From Sphyrna mokarran (Eukaryota), in the NCBI GenBank assembly GCA_024679065.1, contig JAGIQG010000007.1, positions 77,004,001-77,068,000 on the forward strand: a stretch of 64,000 nucleotides of DNA. The letters are read 5' to 3'. The position numbers and the translations under genes are program-made. The notes beneath the pieces were generated by a model that saw only the letters and a list, made by a program, of their open reading frames with translations, was not told where the DNA came from and searched no databases. Positions 61,650-64,000 of this stretch are shown in pieces; positions within the stretch are counted from its first letter, which is position 1, and each line of letters opens with the position of its first letter.

Positions 61650-62168
61650 TCAGCATGGATCCTGAGGTGTGTCCCTAGTGAATGCTGGTTGAACTGGCTT
61701 GCAGGGTGGAAAGGAAATGGTGGAGGGAGGTGGACAGGTGGTGGGGGAAGAGGGGACGTGAGTTAGCATTAAAAGGGGCTATAAAGCATAATTTGTTGGT
61801 TAGAGGGGCAGCAGTTGGCATAGGGTTATGATTGCCAATGGAGGATGTGTGAAGGGACATATGTTGACATGAAAAGTATGGGAGCTATGAGAGAAGGGTG
61901 GGTAGCATGAAGTTGCATGGATGTTCATGAAAGGAGAATGAGGAGTATTGAAGGGGTGAGGGCTGCTTTTTGTTTCTTACTTTTTGTTTCAGCTGGGATA
62001 AAATGCCAGAGCATCAAAGGCAATCCACCTCCAAACCTGGCAGCCTCGTACTTTTTCTGGGGTCAACCATCCTGACTCCCATTAACATTCACGCAGCCAG
62101 AATTGATATCAAACCGGGTGAATTTTCCTGACTCTGCATTCTCAACACAAGAACGTAAATTCAGACCA
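61650..62168. mobile_element. Right arm of a TIR-type element related to 15334-16395
   Basis: ggcat/gcatg purine-rich arm; the end gtaaattcagacc is roughly the inverse of ggcctggattttc. Confidence 0.4.
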
Positions 62169-62519
62169 AAGAGAGGGTAGTGTAGAAAACATTTGAGAAT
62201 GAGTCACAGTGGATTGCTGTTACACATTTCTAAACCAGTAGATAAAGAATTGAGGTAAAAAGCCTTGAACATAATCATCTACCCATTCTTTCATTCTGTG
62301 AATGGCACATGACTATAAAGGGAAGAAAGAATGTGAACTGGAAGCGAAGGTGTGGAATTAAAAAAAAAGGCGCATTTATGTATCACAATTCAATATAACA
62401 TCTTAAGAACTGAATACATTATAATACATATATCTTAAAAGATAACTACGATTTTTGAAATGAGTACTCATCTTGTGAAGTGTTCATATTTTAAATTTAA
62501 GATATATGATATTGTACAT

Positions 62520-63310
62520 AGTGAAAAGAAAATAGTTACTCTATAGTCCATTGAACTATATTTGAAAGGAGGTGGTTGAAGCTTTTCTAAATGTGGATGA
62601 ACAAATGTTGGTGCCTGTTTGAAAAATGGAAGGAGATAATTACTAATATTCAGATGAAAGAAAGAAAGGCAGGTGTAACAAAACAATGAGTTGAAGAACA
62701 AATTTAAATATTTTTGTGGTTGCTAATATCTAAATTAATCTTTTGGGACTGAAAGTACATGTATCCAAAATATACATACATTATTGCTATCATATTAACA
62801 TGGCTGCAGCTATGTGATGCACTTAAAAGAAACCAAGAGAATTAAGTATATTTTGTATAAATAAATTTAATGAATTAAGTATTTGGGGGGATAAGAGATG
62901 ATGAAGAAATGGTTGATAGGAAGTATATAATAATGAGGGTATAACGGTAGTAGTCTTATGAGTAGAAATTAATAATGATTAAGAAGAAAATAATCAAGTG
63001 TTAATTCAAGAGGAAAAGATAGAGAACACTTCTGGCAAATAGAAAAGCTACAAGAAATTACAATGGATTATGATAGGACCTTATTCAGAGAGAAAATGGA
63101 CAGACTTGGAATTTCCATAGAAAATGGTAGAACTCTTGGCTTTTTCATAGAGACAGTACGAGTACTTAAAAGGCAAAGTAGATATTAAGTGTATGCTACA
63201 TTAAATTTAGCAATCCAGGTAAACTGGTTAACAGTTATCATGTAAGTAAGGACCTAGAGTTCATTAAAATTATATAGCTACTTTTGAAGTTTTATAAGGC
63301 TAAATACAAA
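62520..63310 (+). mobile_element. Very decayed CR1-like LINE remnant
   Basis: A-rich skew; gacagacttggaatttccatagaaaa and gagacagtacgagtacttaaaa resemble the RL..L..FSLE..RLRGD region. Confidence 0.4.
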
Positions 63311-63412
63311 AAAAAGTTTAAATGTGTAAAGTTTTAGAATGAACCTTTGAGATTTCAGACATATGGATTACGGGCAGAAAGGTCAAGACGCCAAAACAAT
63401 ATGCAATTATTT

Positions 63413-63890
63413 GAAAGGCAAATACTGTGGATGCCGGAATCTGAAACAAAAACAGAAAATGCTGGAAAATCTCAACAAGTCCGACAGCATCTGTGGAGAG
63501 AGAATAGAGAGCTAACATTTTGAGTCTGGATGTCCATTTGTCAGAGCCACAATTATTTTCTTCCTTTTCACCAGTTTTTGACAACTTTTTCATCACCTGC
63601 TATCCTGGAGAGATTGAACTATTGTTCTGTGAGAACTTGTGCCTCAAGGTACCTGGTCTAATTGCTCATTGTTCATGTGTAACAGTGGGCTTTGGCAGAC
63701 TAGTCAGTCGTTGAAAACGTCAAGGCAAACTCTTTTCTTCACCCAATATCTACGCATACATTTACATTTAATAAAAGCAAAATAGTGCAGATGCTGGAAA
63801 CCTGAAACAAAAAAAAAGCAGATAATGCTGGATGTACTCAGCAGTGCCTATGGGGAAAAAAAGCAGACTTAATATTTTGATTTGAGTATG
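63413..63890 (-). mobile_element. Two Penelope-like terminal repeat fragments (63413-63545, 63773-63890)
   Basis: aaagcaaaatactg..gatgctggaa.ctgaaacaaaaacagaaaatgctgga, near-identical to 33505-33600. Confidence 0.75.
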
Positions 63891-64000
63891 ATTCAAAATG
63901 TTAAATTACCACCAATAATTGGTTAAGATGTGCAATCTAAAGTTAGATGGAATTATTCAAACCCACTCTTTCATCATCAGGGATGAAATTCTTCACATAA

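Noticed and set aside
59950-64000. Search for the terminal ZFHX4 exon
   Set aside because: No acceptor followed by a long open frame was found; the exon presumably lies beyond the window.

Overview
A 64-kb window of vertebrate genomic DNA. The repeat content (HE1/V-SINE-type tRNA SINEs, a Deu-domain SacSINE1-like SINE, CR1 LINEs, Penelope-like fragments) points to a cartilaginous fish, probably a shark. The window lies inside one + strand gene, ZFHX4 (zinc finger homeobox 4). Positions 1-39345 are the 3' part of a very long phase-1 intron. Five phase-compatible coding exons follow: 39346-39465, 47604-47737 (or from 47601), 48390-48590, 51532-51652 and a giant exon at 54220-59744 encoding many C2H2 fingers and all four homeodomains. 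The earlier exons and the terminal exon are not visible. The giant exon contains an N-gap and an apparent 1-nt frameshift in a poly-Pro tract, most likely an assembly error. The first ~25 kb are dense in nested transposable elements; about 26-32 kb and 33.8-43.4 kb are almost repeat-free and look like cis-regulatory DNA. The most notable unexplained signals are a 210-bp near-perfect palindrome with a 1-nt loop (52789-52998), a perfect DR5 retinoic-acid-response-element match in a CpG-retaining patch (37074-37090), a candidate 6-nt stop-codon microexon (28327-28332), recursive-splice-like AG|GT junctions, and a dispersed family of GGG...CCC-ended TIR elements. I found no convincing novel protein-coding system. 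Orthology and repeat family names come from recall, not database searches, and repeat boundaries are approximate.
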